Positions 13,190 through 31,348 are shown, counted from the first letter of the stretch. The stretch is DNA of 64,000 nucleotides from Eledone cirrhosa (GCA_964016885.1 OZ024740.1:334304001-334368000), one strand, 5' to 3'. Notes: generated by a model not told the origin, from the letters alone. Translations and numbers: made by a program.

Positions 13190-14100
13190 TATTGGCCCCA
13201 AGTCCAAAACATAGTACAGTACATAAAATTGTGTAAAAATATAACAGGTAACAATAACCAATGTATTTATAACAATACACATAGCCCAACTGTGACTTAG
13301 CAAAAGTACCAATCTTGAACCATACTACTCCCCAAGAGCACTCACGTGGGACACCCTTCTCCACTCAAATCTCTCCAGCTTAGAAGCCCATTATCATAAT
13401 AGGCCGATTCCCTCCGGCTATCCTCACTCTATTCACTCACGTTTTAACAAATACCTAGGGAAACGAGAGGCAGCGGGCAGCCTTACACTCTCGCCAGTAA
13501 CCTAACCTTCTAAGTGGAACTGGAACAAATTAATGAGGACTTTCAGCCACAGCTACTGTTCTTGATGTTCCTGCTCACGTTGTCGTTGTTTACAATGTGT
13601 CTACAACGCAACATCATTTGCTATGGGCATTAGACATATAAAAACTGCTACCCCCATCCTGATTAAGAGAAGGTTGCGGGGCAATGTTCACGATAAATTC
13701 ATCAGATAGCCGGGACAATCCCTCACAATACAGCAGCTGTTTGACAGAAATCCACAAGCAATGCTCGGGCACTGACCAACTGCATGCAGGATGGTTTCGT
13801 GACCCTGTCCGCATCTGGTTTTCTTGGCTGTACATTTGAGCCTGTATATTTATCTTGAACTGGCAATGTTCCCTGGTAGTACAGCCAGACCAGGCCAGGG
13901 ATTTCTGGAAGTTATTCATCGGACCTGGTACGAAAGTCCTCCAGAAAAGAGCAAGTCGTTGATTTTCGACGACACCCAACATTTCCCAAAGAACGTCATC
14001 GCTATTAACCACTAGAAGCTCTGTATGGAACGCTAACGTGGATTTTCTACTGATGGTACTGTCCGAGTGGCACAGGCCTGTGAGCGCTTGGAGTCATTTA
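13190..14100 (-). mobile_element. L1/Tx1-clade LINE 3' fragment
   Basis: TFVPGPMNNFQKSLAW...VKQLL...RLSDEFIVNIAPQPS resembles the zf-RVT C-terminus of cephalopod Tx1-like ORF2. 3' UTR ends with AATAAA and an (AAT)n tail. Confidence 0.55.
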
Positions 14101-15597
14101 CCCAAAATTGCCCTTTATTTTATGAAAGAAACATATTTTAAAACGTGTTTGCCAATTGCTAACCTATGCATTATTTAAAACCCTCTTCGAGATCTCAGCA
14201 ATCCGGTCTCCTCAAGACAGCACGCAGACACATTGCCAGTGTTTTCAGCATTAGCTAGAGATTGCAATACATTTTTCGCATTGGCTGCTCTACACAATCG
14301 GCTGAGCTGTGTAGCAGGAAAACGGTTTGCAGGTGACTGATAGCAGTACGTCCACTTGGGATGATGGTTAATTGCGATATAAGAGGTCTCCTGTCGGAAG
14401 AATAGATAACATCGAACCAAACAACGATAAGTTACTAGGTAAGAGGGAGCAAAAATGTTACAATCCAGCCATGTAGGTACGGCATGGCGAGTAAATGCCA
14501 CCTTTAAACATTTAGTTATCGTCGATCTGAGAAAATTACACGTTCATCGATTTGCGAGAGTAAGACTGCAGAAACGGCTATACTGCCCGATTCAATAACA
14601 TCATCTAAAATCATTCATATTTAAATTAAGATATTCCAATATAATTGGTACATGAAATGTTTCTTAGATTATATTGGAAATAACATTTTAATAATGAAAT
14701 AATACATAATCTAAACTAAAACAAATTCTTCATAAAATTATTCGAACGCAGAAATTATCTCAGAAACTTGTAATGGAAGACTATGGACGCCCGCTGAGCG
14801 GCTATCACCGATTTAAGAGCTGCACAAATAAATATCTAAAATAGGCGCCTGTAGAATATGAACATGACCTGTAGTGGTTTTATTAGAAAAACAGTAATGT
14901 ATTTGTATTTTTTATGTACATGCCTCACCCGCAGCTGTATTATTAGTAAGAGCTGAGTCTATTGGTGTTTGGTCTAATTATGTATAGTAGTATATAGTTT
15001 ACAAAATAGACTATATAATTGCACTATCACGAGTGAATATATCTCACATAATACATTAGAAATATGACATATTGTTAGAATAGCATGAGCGTCACAAAAT
15101 GAATGTAGTAAAGAGTAAGAAATATGTTCAGAAATACAAACGAAATGTCAAAGATAAATCAATGGCACCCGATATTATGTGGAGAAAATTAATACAAGGT
15201 GAAAAGCGAAAGCTAAATGGAATTCGATGCGCTGGAGACAGATAGTTAACTGAATTGCCTTCAGTTATGATTGTTCATTCTCGGTGCTTAATTATACAGC
15301 CTTAGGTTGTAAATGAGGAGTTGAAGAGCAAACAGAGGGCTAATAGCTGTTACTTTTATTCGGGGACGCTTTAATTAGCTAGTTCAATACCTGTCTGAAC
15401 GCACATCTTCAGGCAAAATTCAATTTTCGTATTCACTACCAAATTATCTTTCCTTTTGTACCTATCTTTTGTAATATCTGGGAATTTTAATCATATCAAT
15501 ATATACATGTATAGATGCATACATGTGTACATACCTATATATGTATACGCAAACACATACATAACATACACACATATGCGCGCACACATATTTTAAC

Positions 15598-15642
<45 letters not shown>

Positions 15643-15859
15643 ATATATGTATATGTATGTAGCTGTCTGTGAGTGTGTATAATATCATATCATATATGAT
15701 ATAACATTTATAATATGGTTTCTTCAGGGTATACTATTTCGAGTCAGAAAGTTAACCAACTGAACACGGTATGTAGCAATGCTTTAAATATACGATGTAT
15801 TCAGAAAAATATACGGTAATTGTACTAAAATATGCTTCGTATATATATATATGGCAGAT

Positions 15860-17045
15860 AGTTCGAATGTGAAGAAAACTGTATTGCAATGGGAGCACCA
15901 ACAGCGGATTTTCTGTGAAACACAAATGCATCTCTGTCCAGAAGCAATTTTATGCATGTTTTGTGATGGATAAATCTCCCTTTATAGCCGCTATACTAAA
16001 CGGGGTCAGGACGTTTAAGACCTAGAGAGCCGTGTAAAATCCAAATACTGTGTCTGCGAGCCATCCTGCCCATTCTCGGTGACACAAGAAGCTTTCAGTG
16101 GAATGTTTTCCACATAGAGAGTGACTGTTGAACAGAACCCAAAACGGTCACTGTGCAAGTGAACCCAATCCTTGGGTATCCCCACAAAAATTTGTTGGCG
16201 TTTGGTGAAATCAGATCTTAAGAAATACCACAATAGAATACAGACTAAAAGAAAAAGCTTTTTTCAGCTAAGACCAAGAGAATGTTTATGTTTGAAAGAA
16301 TTCTGAAGATGATGCAATTGCAACCGAAGCTTCTGAATCTGCCGTTTATCTCTGATAAAATCCATTTCACTCAGGCAGGATGATAAACTGTAAGAACAAT
16401 ATGTTCTGGGGAGCAGAGAAACCCCCAGAGGTGGTTGTGAAACACCTGACCAGTCGACTAAATGTACTGTCCTGGCTGTCATTTTAGAGGGAGGGCTGAT
16501 TGACCAAAGTCCTCTTGGGGAAAATTGATTAACTACTACAGAGGTACTGGAAAAGTATATACCTATTTCTAATGAATAAGTACTTATTCCAGCAAAGTCA
16601 AAAAACTCTTACACCTCCAATCGACTGGGAAAATAGAAGTAAAATAATTGAGAAATCGTTTGATATTTTAAGGAATGATTTTTGAGCGGGCCCCACAGAG
16701 ACATGGTTTGAGTCCTACTGATTTCTTTCTTGGGAGCTATCGGGTGGATAGTCTATGTCTACAAAACCAGATCATCGCTAAAGTAAAAATACTTTAAGGC
16801 GGCTATCAGATCTATCCTTAGATCAGTTTGTAAAGACGTTCTGCTAAACACCATCATGCAAAAAATGCATCAGTTTAAATGGGATCACATGGAATGTATG
16901 GTGCACCTCTGGCCAGAAATATGAGGAGATAGTTATTTCTATATGTTATTTTTAATGATTTGAACATAATATATTAGGAGTTTCATACGTGTTTATCAAA
17001 AAATTAAAATAATATAAATTAGGCAAGTTTGTTAATCACCCGGCT
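15860..17045 (+). mobile_element. Degenerate Tc1/mariner-superfamily DNA transposon (DD37D/maT-like)
   Basis: Remnant motifs SDKIHF..MINCKNNMFWGAEKP (cf. SDEAHF..VN..N..FWG.ENP), LFQQ, and APQRHGLSPTDFFL (cf. WPP.SPDL.P.DFFLWG). TIR-like end aatcacccgg at ~17045. Confidence 0.7.
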
Positions 17046-18166
17046 ATATGTATATGTTTGTGTGTGTGGTTGTATGCCGGTGTATCTCTGTATTATATTT
17101 AATTAAATTTACATATGGATGACATTTTTTATATTCTCCTAATATTTTCAAGAATCGTCAATTGTTATTTAAAGCAAATGAATGATCAATGATATTTAGA
17201 ACAAAGTAAGGCTGGATAAGGTAACCAAAGTGCTAGAATCATACAACATTTATTTGCAACAAATTAGGAGCCGATATATTTTATTGATTTACATAATTTT
17301 CAAGATATATGCTATTGCTTCTTTCGAAGATTTAGGAAGTTTTAGACAAATTTTCATGAAATGATTTTATTAGTTTGATTTATTTCCACACCCAAAACAT
17401 TATCAATGTTCCTGCTTATTTTAACTTAAACCTCAATTCTTTTTTCTTTAAAATGCATGCGGCATTTTCTCACGGATATTGGTCGATTAATAAGTATGAC
17501 ATATTTTTCAATTGTGGTCACATTGGCTATTTTCGATTGAAACGATACACAATGTGTATTTATTGACTTCTAAAACTGCAATGGGAGGAAACAATTAGAG
17601 AAAATAAGGAAATTAGTTTGTACAATGGCACAGAAGGTAAAAAAAACAATGTTTATATGAATTGTGATGAGTTTGTGTCTATTCATGAAACCTATAGAAG
17701 GGATGCTCATATATTCCACAAACCATACATTAGCAAGTTAAATTTGTATATTAATTATGTATGGGAACGATATACGTCAACAACAAACAGCAATGTCAAA
17801 TTATGATCATTCAGTATTTTATTATTTCAAGAGTTGTTTCAATGTGTCGGGTTGGCTCCCATTAATTCCCTAACAAACATCTCATACATCCACACATATA
17901 TGTGCATACATACCTTATATATATTATATATTAATAGTAATATTCGATTCGTTTGCAATTATGCAAACAGCCTCTTTTATAGCCATGTCAGTAGAATGAG
18001 TCCCTCATTCTTGCTCTTTTGTTGGCATGCAAACAGAACTGCATACATTAATGTTTCTGGGTGATACCCCTTCATCAATGCAGTTTATTGCTTACCTGCA
18101 AGTGCCAGAATTACTGAAAATATATGATATTTTCAGAAATACAGTGACTGATCGGCCTGATGTATA

Positions 18167-18287
<121 letters not shown>

Positions 18288-18559
18288 TTCTCTTGTAAAA
18301 ATGGGTATAGCTTTCACTATGTAAAATCTTCCCATTTTACCTCATGTCTACCCGTTTTGGGACACTTTTTCATGGTACACCCCGTGTATGTCTGTATGAA
18401 TGTATGTATATGTAAATATTACACATGGCATAATCAGATTTTAATCGTTTGTCATTGCGCGTGTAACCAATCGCAAATGAAACTATTAGACCCCAGAATT
18501 CATATTGAATCATCAACTTCGTCCCAATTGTGGGTTCTCAATTTAGCACAAGACGACAA

Positions 18560-18745
18560 TTTGTTGTGATAGGAAAATCGATTAAATCGACCCTGTGCTT
18601 TACTGATTTTATCGAGACCGTAAGGATGAAAAGCAAAGCTAATCTCGGCGGGATTTGAAATGATAAAGAAAAGGGAATTAACTCTATGCCACAAAGCATA
18701 TTGTCGGACGCTCTGCAGATGCAGACAATTCAATGCGATAATTCG
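18560..18745 (-). mobile_element. Diverged SINE, same family as 10848
   Basis: ttttatcgagaccgtaaggatgaaaagcaaagctaatctcggcgggatttgaa core. Confidence 0.7.
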
Positions 18746-18870
18746 AACGATCAATAAAACTAATCTTTGTTTCCAGTTCGTATTCCTAATGTTAGACAAA
18801 GATACATTTATCTTCATCCATGTATACATGCATACGCACATACATCCAAGCATATATATACTGAGAGAGA

Positions 18871-18967
<97 letters not shown>

Positions 18968-19155
18968 AGAGAGTGTGCGGGTGATGTTGTGAGATTAAGA
19001 GAGTACGAGGAAATAATCAGGAGAAAGAGAGACGGGGAAGGAATATAAATCGAGATGTATATTTGCTAACTATTGCTTAACATCGGGAATTTATCATAGA
19101 GAGAATATGTGCCACGTTAGAATTTTTCTTAAAATGTGTTCAATATTATTTTATA

Positions 19156-19452
19156 CTAGACCACCCGTGACCCGTTGGGTCATGTTCACTTCAAAATATT
19201 GTTTTAAAAATCATGTTCACTTAAAAATAATTTTTAAATAATTAAAATATACACTTACATGTATATACGTGTGTGTATGTATATATATAAATGTAACTTG
19301 TTTTATTCCATTTCTATTCGCATTTCAGGGTCAATTTCCTTTCAAAGTATTTTCCCATCATTGTATTACATTACAGACAAGCAAGGAAGCGCAGAACTTA
19401 AGTAATCTATAGATCTCCTGATTTTTCATGAGTATATAAAATTGCAATTGTA

Positions 19453-19455
<3 letters not shown>
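19156..19455 (-). mobile_element. Short non-autonomous Helitron
   Basis: Minus strand: A|TC start at 19455, subterminal hairpin tgaccc-aac-gggtca, end CTAG|T at 19156. The 5' end is less certain. Confidence 0.5.
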
Positions 19456-19490
<35 letters not shown>

Positions 19491-19584
19491 CCAAAAGTTA
19501 AACAAGATTCATTGATTAATCAATGAATATAGTTTTACAAAAGATTAGAAGCACTCAACAAGAAGTTTTCTGGAGTTATTAATA

Positions 19585-21636
<2,052 letters not shown>

Positions 21637-21824
21637 GGTGTTAAGGTGTATGAATTAATTGCGCTCCACTGCTTCTCCACTATCTGAATATCATCTGCAA
21701 ATATGATATAGCTAGAAAATCAGTTGAAGACATGTTCCCTGGTCATATACACACACATATATACACACACTCACTTGTATATGTATACACAACACCACCT
21801 CAAGCTCTCTTTTCCATTCTCCTG

Positions 21825-21870
<46 letters not shown>

Positions 21871-21883
21871 ATATATATAATAA

Positions 21884-21921
<38 letters not shown>

Positions 21922-21924
21922 TGG

Positions 21925-22197
21925 TACCACAACATCCAGCCCGAAACAAATGTGGTCGTGTAGGTGTCACGACAAAAAGACACACAGTCCACGCTGTAAT
22001 GTGGCCGTGTAGGTAACACGGTAAAAACCTCCCAGTTCCACACTGTAAATGTGGTTGGTGTTAGGAAGGGCATCCAGCTGTAGAAAACCCGCCAGACAGT
22101 CCTATGCGAGCAAGACAACCACTCTTGCCTCAAGTGGGAAAACTCCCGTCCAAACCCATGCAAGCGTGGAATATGGACGTTAAACGATGATGATGAT
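21925..22197 (+). mobile_element. Second SINE family, 3' part with (GAT)n tail
   Basis: gtggttggtgttaggaagggcatccagctgtagaaa...ccgtccaaacccatgcaagcgtggaatatggacgttaaacgatgatgatgat, a common cephalopod SINE 3' end. Confidence 0.7.
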
Positions 22198-22252
22198 ATA
22201 TATATATATATCTTTCAATTTACTCACTCACAACAATTATCTCTTCCTCTCT

Positions 22253-22356
<104 letters not shown>

Positions 22357-22784
22357 AAACATGAGAAGAAAGAAGAATACTGCGTGGTTGCACATGGGTT
22401 ACATATGATAAAAATAGTCCATCGTCAGTGATTTTCCAACCATCATTGGTATTTCATCGCATTAAAAATCATATACCTCAGGTTGGTGCGAGCAATAACT
22501 AAAACAGTTATTGGGACCAGTAAATCGCGTAAAGCGAGGGGGACAAGTAAACAACATAGAAGGATAAAAGCAAACCAAAAATAGGAAAATATACAAGCAA
22601 CATGGTTGTCCGGTCAGCTGGGTGGATTTCATGAGCGAGAGAGGAACAGACCGTCCGACGTGTGTGAGATGTAAGCAAGAAGAGACCCACTACAAGCCAA
22701 ACGGGAGGAAGTGAGAAGGGGAGAAACAGAGAGTGAGTGAGTGGAAGTGCGAGGAATATCTTTCAATCTACTCACTCACAACAA

Positions 22785-22901
<117 letters not shown>

Positions 22902-23502
22902 GCTCTCTCTCGCTATATATATATATATCTTTCAATCTACTCACTCACAACAATTATCTCTTCCTCTCTATCTTCTATCTCTCTCCCTATCTCTCTCTCT
23001 CTCTATCTCTCTCTATATATATATTTATGAAGGTACCAGGAAAAACGCCGCTATAACATTTACCAACATTTGTGACCGGGAAGCAACTAAATAAAAACTC
23101 AAGATGGATAAGTTCGTTACTCGCTAATGAAACGAATTCACGACCAACAACTTTGTGATGTAGAGTCACGTCAGCTAGACACGTGGTGAGAGCGATTAAG
23201 ATGTAGCCAAAGTTTATTTTTATGCCAATGTTATGGAAAACTTTTACTATATTCAACTAACGTGAGTGTTCGAGACTTGAGGACATATCAGTTATACAGA
23301 TACAGTCTCTTCTTATTTGGATAAATATTTACGTTTATGTGGTGTCAGAAACCTATAATTAAAACAATGTAGGTCACCTTGTGATAATATAATTACGGTG
23401 CAGCCGCCTAGAAAAAGCCTAGCCCTTCCCAGTTATATATGTGTAAGTAGAGCTAAGCAAAATGTAGAATTCAACAAACAAAAACCGTACCATAGCTATA
23501 GG

Positions 23503-23536
<34 letters not shown>

Positions 23537-26500
23537 GCACACGCACGCTCACGCACATGCACCCACACAAACACACACACACACATATATATATATATAT
23601 GCGGGGCGTGTGCGTACACGCACACACAAAGACACACACACACGCACACGCACACGCACACGCACCCCTCCCCCCAACACACACACACTCACATATATAT
23701 ATATATATATATGTGTGTGTGGGGGTGCGTGTGCGTGTATGTGTGTGCGTGTGCGTGTTTGTGTATCTGTGTGTGTGTGTGTATGTGACTGTGTGTGTAT
23801 GTGTAGTGATCTTCTGATAGCTGAAGGCTTTTTAAGAAACAAAGTTACTTGACCACTAACATGATCTAAAGAAATTTAGCTCGCGTTTCATTGGGGTTTC
23901 AGCTTTAAAAAAATTGATTTTTTTTTCGCTCTCTCTACTACGTTGCATACACTAGAAACGACCAAAAAATCAATGTTTCTATAGTAACAAGAATCTTAAC
24001 TATATAAAGTATTATAAGAAAACGGAACTTTAAAACATACTTATTAATATCAGTATATATTTAGATTATTTAATTTGATAGTCGCGATGTTGTTGATGAT
24101 GATGATGAGGATGAGTATCCTGATGATGATGATAATGAAGGAGGTCATTGTAGTCACAGTGGCAGATGAGTTAGTAGTGGTGATGGTGATGTTGGCGATG
24201 TCTTGATAGCGATGTTATGATGGAAATGTTGTGGTGGCAATCATGATAGTGCTACTGATGGCAAGGAATATTTGAGGAATACAATGAAGATGAGATCGGT
24301 GGCGGTGTCGTTGTTCCTGTTGCTAGTGGGATTGGTGTTGTTGATTTTGTTGTTATTGGTGATGGAGGTGGTGGCGGTGGCTGTGGTGTTGGTGTTAATG
24401 ACAATGAGGTATAGGTACCACATGGCGGTGGTGTTCTTTACTTTTAAAAACTTAAGATTATGATATCGAATATCATCTTCTTTGTGATAGTTATATAAAA
24501 GTTATTAACTTTTATCTTTTATCATATTTTCCAAAATCCAATTATGTTTCTTGGCGTAATTTTGGTTCAATTTGGTTCATTTGTAATGTACACCTTTCTT
24601 TAGCGGTCTAACATGCATGAGTATTTCATTTACGCTGTTGCATTTTCATGGATATATGATCTACATATGGACAGTTTATTACACAGAGGTTTAAGATACG
24701 GATGAATAAGATTTTACTTGAAAAATGTGCAATGGTTAAATGTTCCAGAATTTGGAATCCAGAGGATGGTTTTCCTAGTTATCGTTATAAGCAGGAATAG
24801 TGTGAATGCAATTCGAGAAAATTATTTAGAAACAAAACTAGTTTTGTTTTGCAATGGCTAAAAATAGCTATCTAAATTTTGAATCATCTAGGTTTCCTGT
24901 CCTTCTTGTTTTGGATCAAGACGAATTGAAAATGATCATGATCTGTAAATTATTTTGTATTTAAATCTCAGTTATACCATACCTTTATTTAAGCGAATTG
25001 AAAAGAAGATAGACAATTAGGCATATAATGTTGATATATCGAGCCACCGAAGTATTCTCTGCGTGAACGCTTGCTGACTAGAAATTATGAACATACATAC
25101 AGCTCAATTTTAACGAAAATGAAACCTAAGATGGCAATCTAGAGTGCTGAAGTTATTAAAGTCTCTTACGAATTGACTTGCTATATTCTTCCGACCTTTT
25201 ACAGTCTGAGTTCAAATCTTCATTGGGGCCTCCAAGTTTAGTAACTTTATGTTGTGGTGTAGTACATTAAGAACAGTCGACTTTGCTGCACATTCGGAGC
25301 AAATTTCCTGTTTGTAGATATGTCCCCTCTCCATTCCATTCACCTTGGAGGTCATGAAACTGTTATGAGCAATATTATGTCAGTTCTAACGAAAAAGAGT
25401 AGAGTGATTGTTTCGCTATTCCTTTATGTACTGGTGCGAAATTCCATCACTATATACGGTCTCCTTTCATCACATATAAAATAAAAATATTAACTAATTG
25501 TAGTAATATGGATATATCTCCCACCATAAGGATCAGAGATGTAAAGTTTTATGACTAATATTTGGAGAAATTTATCCCCAAACAGAAGTTGTTCGACGGA
25601 ATCGATTACTTTAAAAGCCTCCAATATTCAAATAGTGGTGTTAGTCTGGGTGTCGTATGTCTTCCACTATGTAAAGGGTGCTTTTTCTCGTATTGGGGTT
25701 CCATATAACTTCATTCTAACGAATTTAACTGAGGCTTTGTATAGACTAGAATGTGTCATGCACTAAGATTTACTCCGAAGATTTCCTACAAAGATAACAT
25801 TCTAACCATGCATATGATTATTCGCATAGACATTGATTCATGTGTTTGTAGAAAGCCAAGCGTTTGCAAATACACGGTCTCATAGGTGTTCTTATATAGT
25901 GATTCCTACGCCTACACCTAACTGTGCTGCTACCTGTCTTAGATTGGATACGTTACAGAATATAAAGAAGGCTGCAGAGAATTATGTATCATAACAATTA
26001 GGGCTAGTTTAATGTGGTGTCCCGGAACTTAGTTCTCATTCCATACAACTCATGATAACACATATTAACTACACAGAGTCCTCGATATTTAAATTTAATT
26101 TATGTAAATATATGGAAATAATTCTGTAGCGTAAATATACTGCATATTTAATTTTAGCTGACATCATCTAATAGACGACGGTAGATCGATGACGCATAAT
26201 ATAATTAATATATTTCCAGCACAATCTATTTACCTTGTCGCATACATGCTAGTTTTGGAGAAAATATTTTCAGAATTCAATTTTAATTTTCAGAAGGATT
26301 AGGAGTTTATATATATTATAGTGTTTAAAATTGCATTCCTTCCGTTATCTTCATTCTATATATTCATATAACGGATTCATAAAGTCGGCGGATGTAAATC
26401 ATGCTCAGACACGCATATACAAACACTCACACAGTTTGCTCACAGACATTCCAATATGCACACATTCGCACCTGCTCTCGAGAAGTCATGCGTAACAGGT

Positions 26501-26549
26501 TGTTACACTCTCAGTAGTCTATAGTGAACAATCCATCCTCACCTCCTAT

Positions 26550-27700
26550 ATATTTTTCAGCTATTACTTTCCTCTCTCTAGAACACTATTCTCGATCTTC
26601 CTATCCAGTCAATTTCCTCTTTTCTCGTACATTTTCCTTTCATTGCTAGAATTATTTTTTTTCTATTGTCTCACGTTGTAATTATGTTTCGTGGTCTTGT
26701 TCATTGACTTGATCTGTCTATAGTTTATATTTTTATCTCTTCTCGAGCCTATACTGTTTTTCTCCTATTACGCTAACACAGACCACATGGATTTCAACTG
26801 ATGTTACAAGTTTATAGTGACCCTCAAAATATTTCCCAGTTTTTTGCATCATTACATCAAGCAATTTTTCAACGTTTTTTTTTCTTGTTTTATACCACAA
26901 TATCTTGCATCGCTACACTTATCGGCACCACGACGGGTTATAAATTGGTTACATTTTCTACTCTGTCAACTGCAATCGCATCCCCAGCTAATACTTACAC
27001 CAATCTCATATGCGTTTTGAATTGTATCAAATTTAGATTGCTATTTTGTCATATTATGCGTTCCAGCATCATCAACATTTGTTTCCAACTCAATTCTATT
27101 AATAGAGTTGGAAACATTAATGTTTACTAAACACCTTGCTTGTCGTCTACTTACCTAAAAAAAATGCCTAGTGCATAAATGCCGAAGATATCGCGTTGGG
27201 CCCTTACATATATATATATACCTCCCTTCATCTGATGAACGAATGCTTAATGTGCTGCATTACTACACCACCTCTTACACTTCTTGCATATAATTCAATC
27301 TCTTGACTTCCATCACTCGTGAAAATAGCCCGAAAAAATTACACTTCTCCATCTGTTTCAGTGCAACTACATTCACGTGTAGAGTGCACAGCGCTGGCTT
27401 TCACAAAGGTAAGGGTTCTTAGTATTTGCAGCATATAACTTTTTTTATTCCAGACGATTTCGTGATAGTAGGTGTAGGGAGGTGATTCTTATTACAACAA
27501 ATTCCAGCTTAAGCCCTAAGTCCTTCCATGTCTTTGGACGTTTTTACTGACTCCACAGTGATATGTTTCGCCTGCTTGTACCACTCGTCTAGTCCTATCT
27601 AGACTGATAAATATGTATTAAGTGTATAATTAAATACAATATCATCGTAACGTTAGCTTCGTCAGTTCAGTATCTACGTAATACAGATGTTTATCAATCG
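26550..27700 (-). mobile_element. Highly decayed RTE-like LINE fragment
   Basis: Minus frame TSDGSQEIELYARSVRGGVVM near 27250-27320 resembles the RTE thumb (F.YLG..FTSDG...EI..RI..A). Confidence 0.35.
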
Positions 27701-28879
27701 AATAATTTATATCCCACTCGTCTCGAATGCTAGTTTTAATAGCTTTCTAAATTAACAGAACAATGCATTAAAATAATGTATTAGCTACTTATGTCTTGAA
27801 ACAAAATAATGTTACTGAGATGAGGGAAGTCGAGGACAGCAACAAAGCGACTGCTGACTCGCCGTGACTAGAACAAACAAACAAAAGCAGTAAAATATAA
27901 TGGGATATGATGTGAGAACGAATATTTTATTCGTTGGAAAGAAATAGTTTCAATCAGAAATCACAGAATGCAGTGGAAATATGAAACTGAATCATGTTCA
28001 AGATTATAACTCCCTGCTAATAGGCTATACATGGAATTGATACAGATATCAATTTGACTTTTTCGCGAATTCGGTTCTGTAATTCGTAAAGTAGCTATTT
28101 CCATAGATATATCGACATATATGAAATATGAATATACATTCAAACAAAAAATTACGTTTGCGTAATGGATACAATTTCTGTTATTCTTCTTGTACAAGAT
28201 ACCTATTTACTCGGCTAAATTGGCTACAATATATACTGCATTCATTAACAGGTATGAGATACATGGCGATTACAGATGAAAGAATTATTTCGTAACTGAA
28301 TAATTCCGTAAAATTTAGTGGATTAATGCATTATGCCGATTCATTAAACTTATTCATCGTAGAATCGATTCCTAAAGACCTGATTAATTAACTGATTGAA
28401 CACTTTAAAGTATAGCCTCATGAAAGAAGGTCATTGAAGCCTTAGTGAGAATGTAATTAAGCATATTGCCGATTGATCTTTGACGGAGCATCGTAGGAAT
28501 AATACGTCTCTATTAATATTTACAAAATGGGTTCACTAATGCATATAATTTCATCAAAGTAATGTCAGAACATGTACCTTCTCCATAATAATATATCTTG
28601 GTGGTATTATTAACCCATTGGGATTTGGATTTATCGGAGACAACCCTTACAACAATTTTATAATATAACGGATATTGCTATAGTCTGCCATATAAATAAA
28701 ACCTTTTGACATTGGGTGGAATTGGATAATATAACGTTCATATAATTTCGAAGATGATTAACGAAGTGATTTAGCTTCAAATGGAGATTGAAACTATATT
28801 GATATCATGCCTAGTCTCATAAAAAAACGTGTGCTTTACGGTTCTCGCAACAGAGTCGATATTGTAGTTATATAATTTG

Positions 28880-29800
28880 ATACAGGATATAATTTGCAAC
28901 AAACTGGTCGTAAGGCAACACATCCCTCTCCACCCTTTTGCTTCGGAGGGGCTTTGATCAATTTCGATCAATCGAAATATTTCGAGATGATCGACCATAG
29001 ACACCTGGATGGAAAGTCTGTCGGGCCAAGACTGTGGAATCTGCAGCCTTTGCGGGGCATCCCAACTGAGTGGAGACCTGGAAGGATTTTTCTGCATATG
29101 CAGACGTCAATGTGATTTTGTTGTATATCTCGGAAATCGAGGTGGTCAGAAAATTCTTGGTGGAATGTGAATCGTTGACTGGCGGACGGATCGTGGACGT
29201 TTTTCGGCGTCTATTTGGTCCAGACCTCCCGGTAGATAAGATCTGCCAAGGGATATCGAGCCACTCTCATCCAGACATTAGCCAAGAACAAGTTATTTCT
29301 CAATTGTCGGCTTGAGGTGGGACACGCGCTCATCGTGTCCGTAATCTATTACCGAATGAACGTCGTGCATTGCACCGGTCAGAGGCTCACTAAATTGGAG
29401 CGCATGATTTTCAAGATCATGTCGACGGTACTAGTTCCAATGATGGGGTGGTTATCTTCTGCCAGCAACCCTGCGATGAGGCTAGGCATGACATGGATCT
29501 GATGCCAAACATGTACTGAGGCTACATCATCTGCAGGTATTTCTAAACGGCGAACGTGTGTGGTCGCCGTTTGTAAGAAAGATATTTCCGATGCTCGTCT
29601 CTATGACATAGCTGCATTCATGGATCAAGCGAATTTTGTGATTGAGTGCCTGGGATATGGAATCGGGCAATGCAAACAGTGGAAATTTCAGATTAGCGCT
29701 ATATCGAGGACTTGTGGTGGACAAATGTGACGTTCTCGGAGAAACTCTGGTCACCGACTAAGTTGAATGTGGATATTTGACGAACAGCAATTAACACGCG
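28880..29800 (+). mobile_element. Internally deleted L1/Tx1-clade RT remnant
   Basis: GALINFDQSKYFEMIDHRHL (cf. LDQSKAFDRVDH.YL), SAYADV (YADD), IVSVIYYRMNVVHC...LTKLERMIF, VWSPFVRKIFP. Confidence 0.65.
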
Positions 29801-30965
29801 CAGGACGGATCTGGCTATTGACCAACTTCATCGTGAACATCACCCAGCCACCTTCATATTATCATCCAAGAGTAGCACGACCACACAAGTAGAGGAAAAT
29901 ACATCAGCAACAGCTATGTTCGTCAATGATTTTCAACTGCTCCACAACATTAATGACCCCGAGAAAAAATGATTTACACCCCTCATATAAACATATCGAT
30001 ATTATGCAATGTGTGTTCACAAATATGGAATAATTAGACATGAAAATAAAGGCCATTGCCATTATCCAAACCTTTCCGTATGTCGTAAATGTTTGAAGAG
30101 CACTTGATCATATGACACAATCACTATCATAGTATCAACTTCATTTTCATACATATAACTCCTATGTTACGCATCGGCTGGTATTGTGAGATGCTGATCT
30201 GCAGAAAGTGAAAATCGCACAACTATTTGGCATCTGAAGCGTAACGGCTATTTTGTAAATAGAATATGCATGTTCGACCACTTCTGTGGTTTTATTCAGT
30301 TATAAACCCACTTCTTTAATGACAAACCGTTTGTTTAATCTACTTCATAAGAAACCTATTTAATGAGTACATTTCCTGTTGTGTAGCTTTGATACTAGCA
30401 TCTAATCAATCGAACTAAGCATGATTCGTATATAAAATGTCAGATGCAATGCTGTTGAAAGGTCAAACAGTGTTATCCTAAGAATATATGACGATGTTCT
30501 AAAGGTTACGAGGTTTTCTTTCAAACTTTACGCTAACTATGTTATTTACAGCAAGTATTCAGAAGTAGCTGGCCTATTAAAGTGCATTGAAATGTACTTA
30601 AACAACGATAGACATCATTAGCAATGTAACGAAATTTATTGATCGCATCCTATTTTAAATTTTATAAATCAGAATAAGGAACTGCTGAATAATTTCAAAT
30701 TTAATACATCGTTGTGTAAAGATGTAAATGCATGCAGAGAAATACATACATCTTCCAGATAAGAGCCATTTAACGGATGATTTTCACTTGAATGGGTGAC
30801 ACCCTGCATATGTGGGTAATTTTTTATGTTGATATGAAACAGAAAATTGAATGTATAATTGACTCGCTTTTTCTGGTGAATTAGCAATTTAAATGAAGAC
30901 AAACGAGAGATCGTTTTTTACATATTGCTAGAAACACGTGAGAAAATGAAAAATATAAACATTTG

Positions 30966-30998
<33 letters not shown>

Positions 30999-31297
30999 TC
31001 TAACATATAATACACGCAAGCAAACATACACGCACACACACATATATATATTAACGTTGTATATAGACATATATGTTATTGCTGCTCATATATATATATA
31101 TATATGTGTGTGTATACATATATATATATATATGTGTGTATACATATATATATGTGTGTGTTTGTATGTATTTGTATGAGTGTGTGTATAAATTGATTAG
31201 GCAAAAAGCCAAAAAAAAACAGGCAAAACCCGTTGTTTCGTTTATTAAGTTTACACTAACGGGAATTACCCTACATGGAAAGGATATACACATTTTC

Positions 31298-31348
<51 letters not shown>

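Noticed and set aside
14175-14501. 108-aa ORF as a possible host exon
   Set aside because: No recognisable domain or supported splice context.
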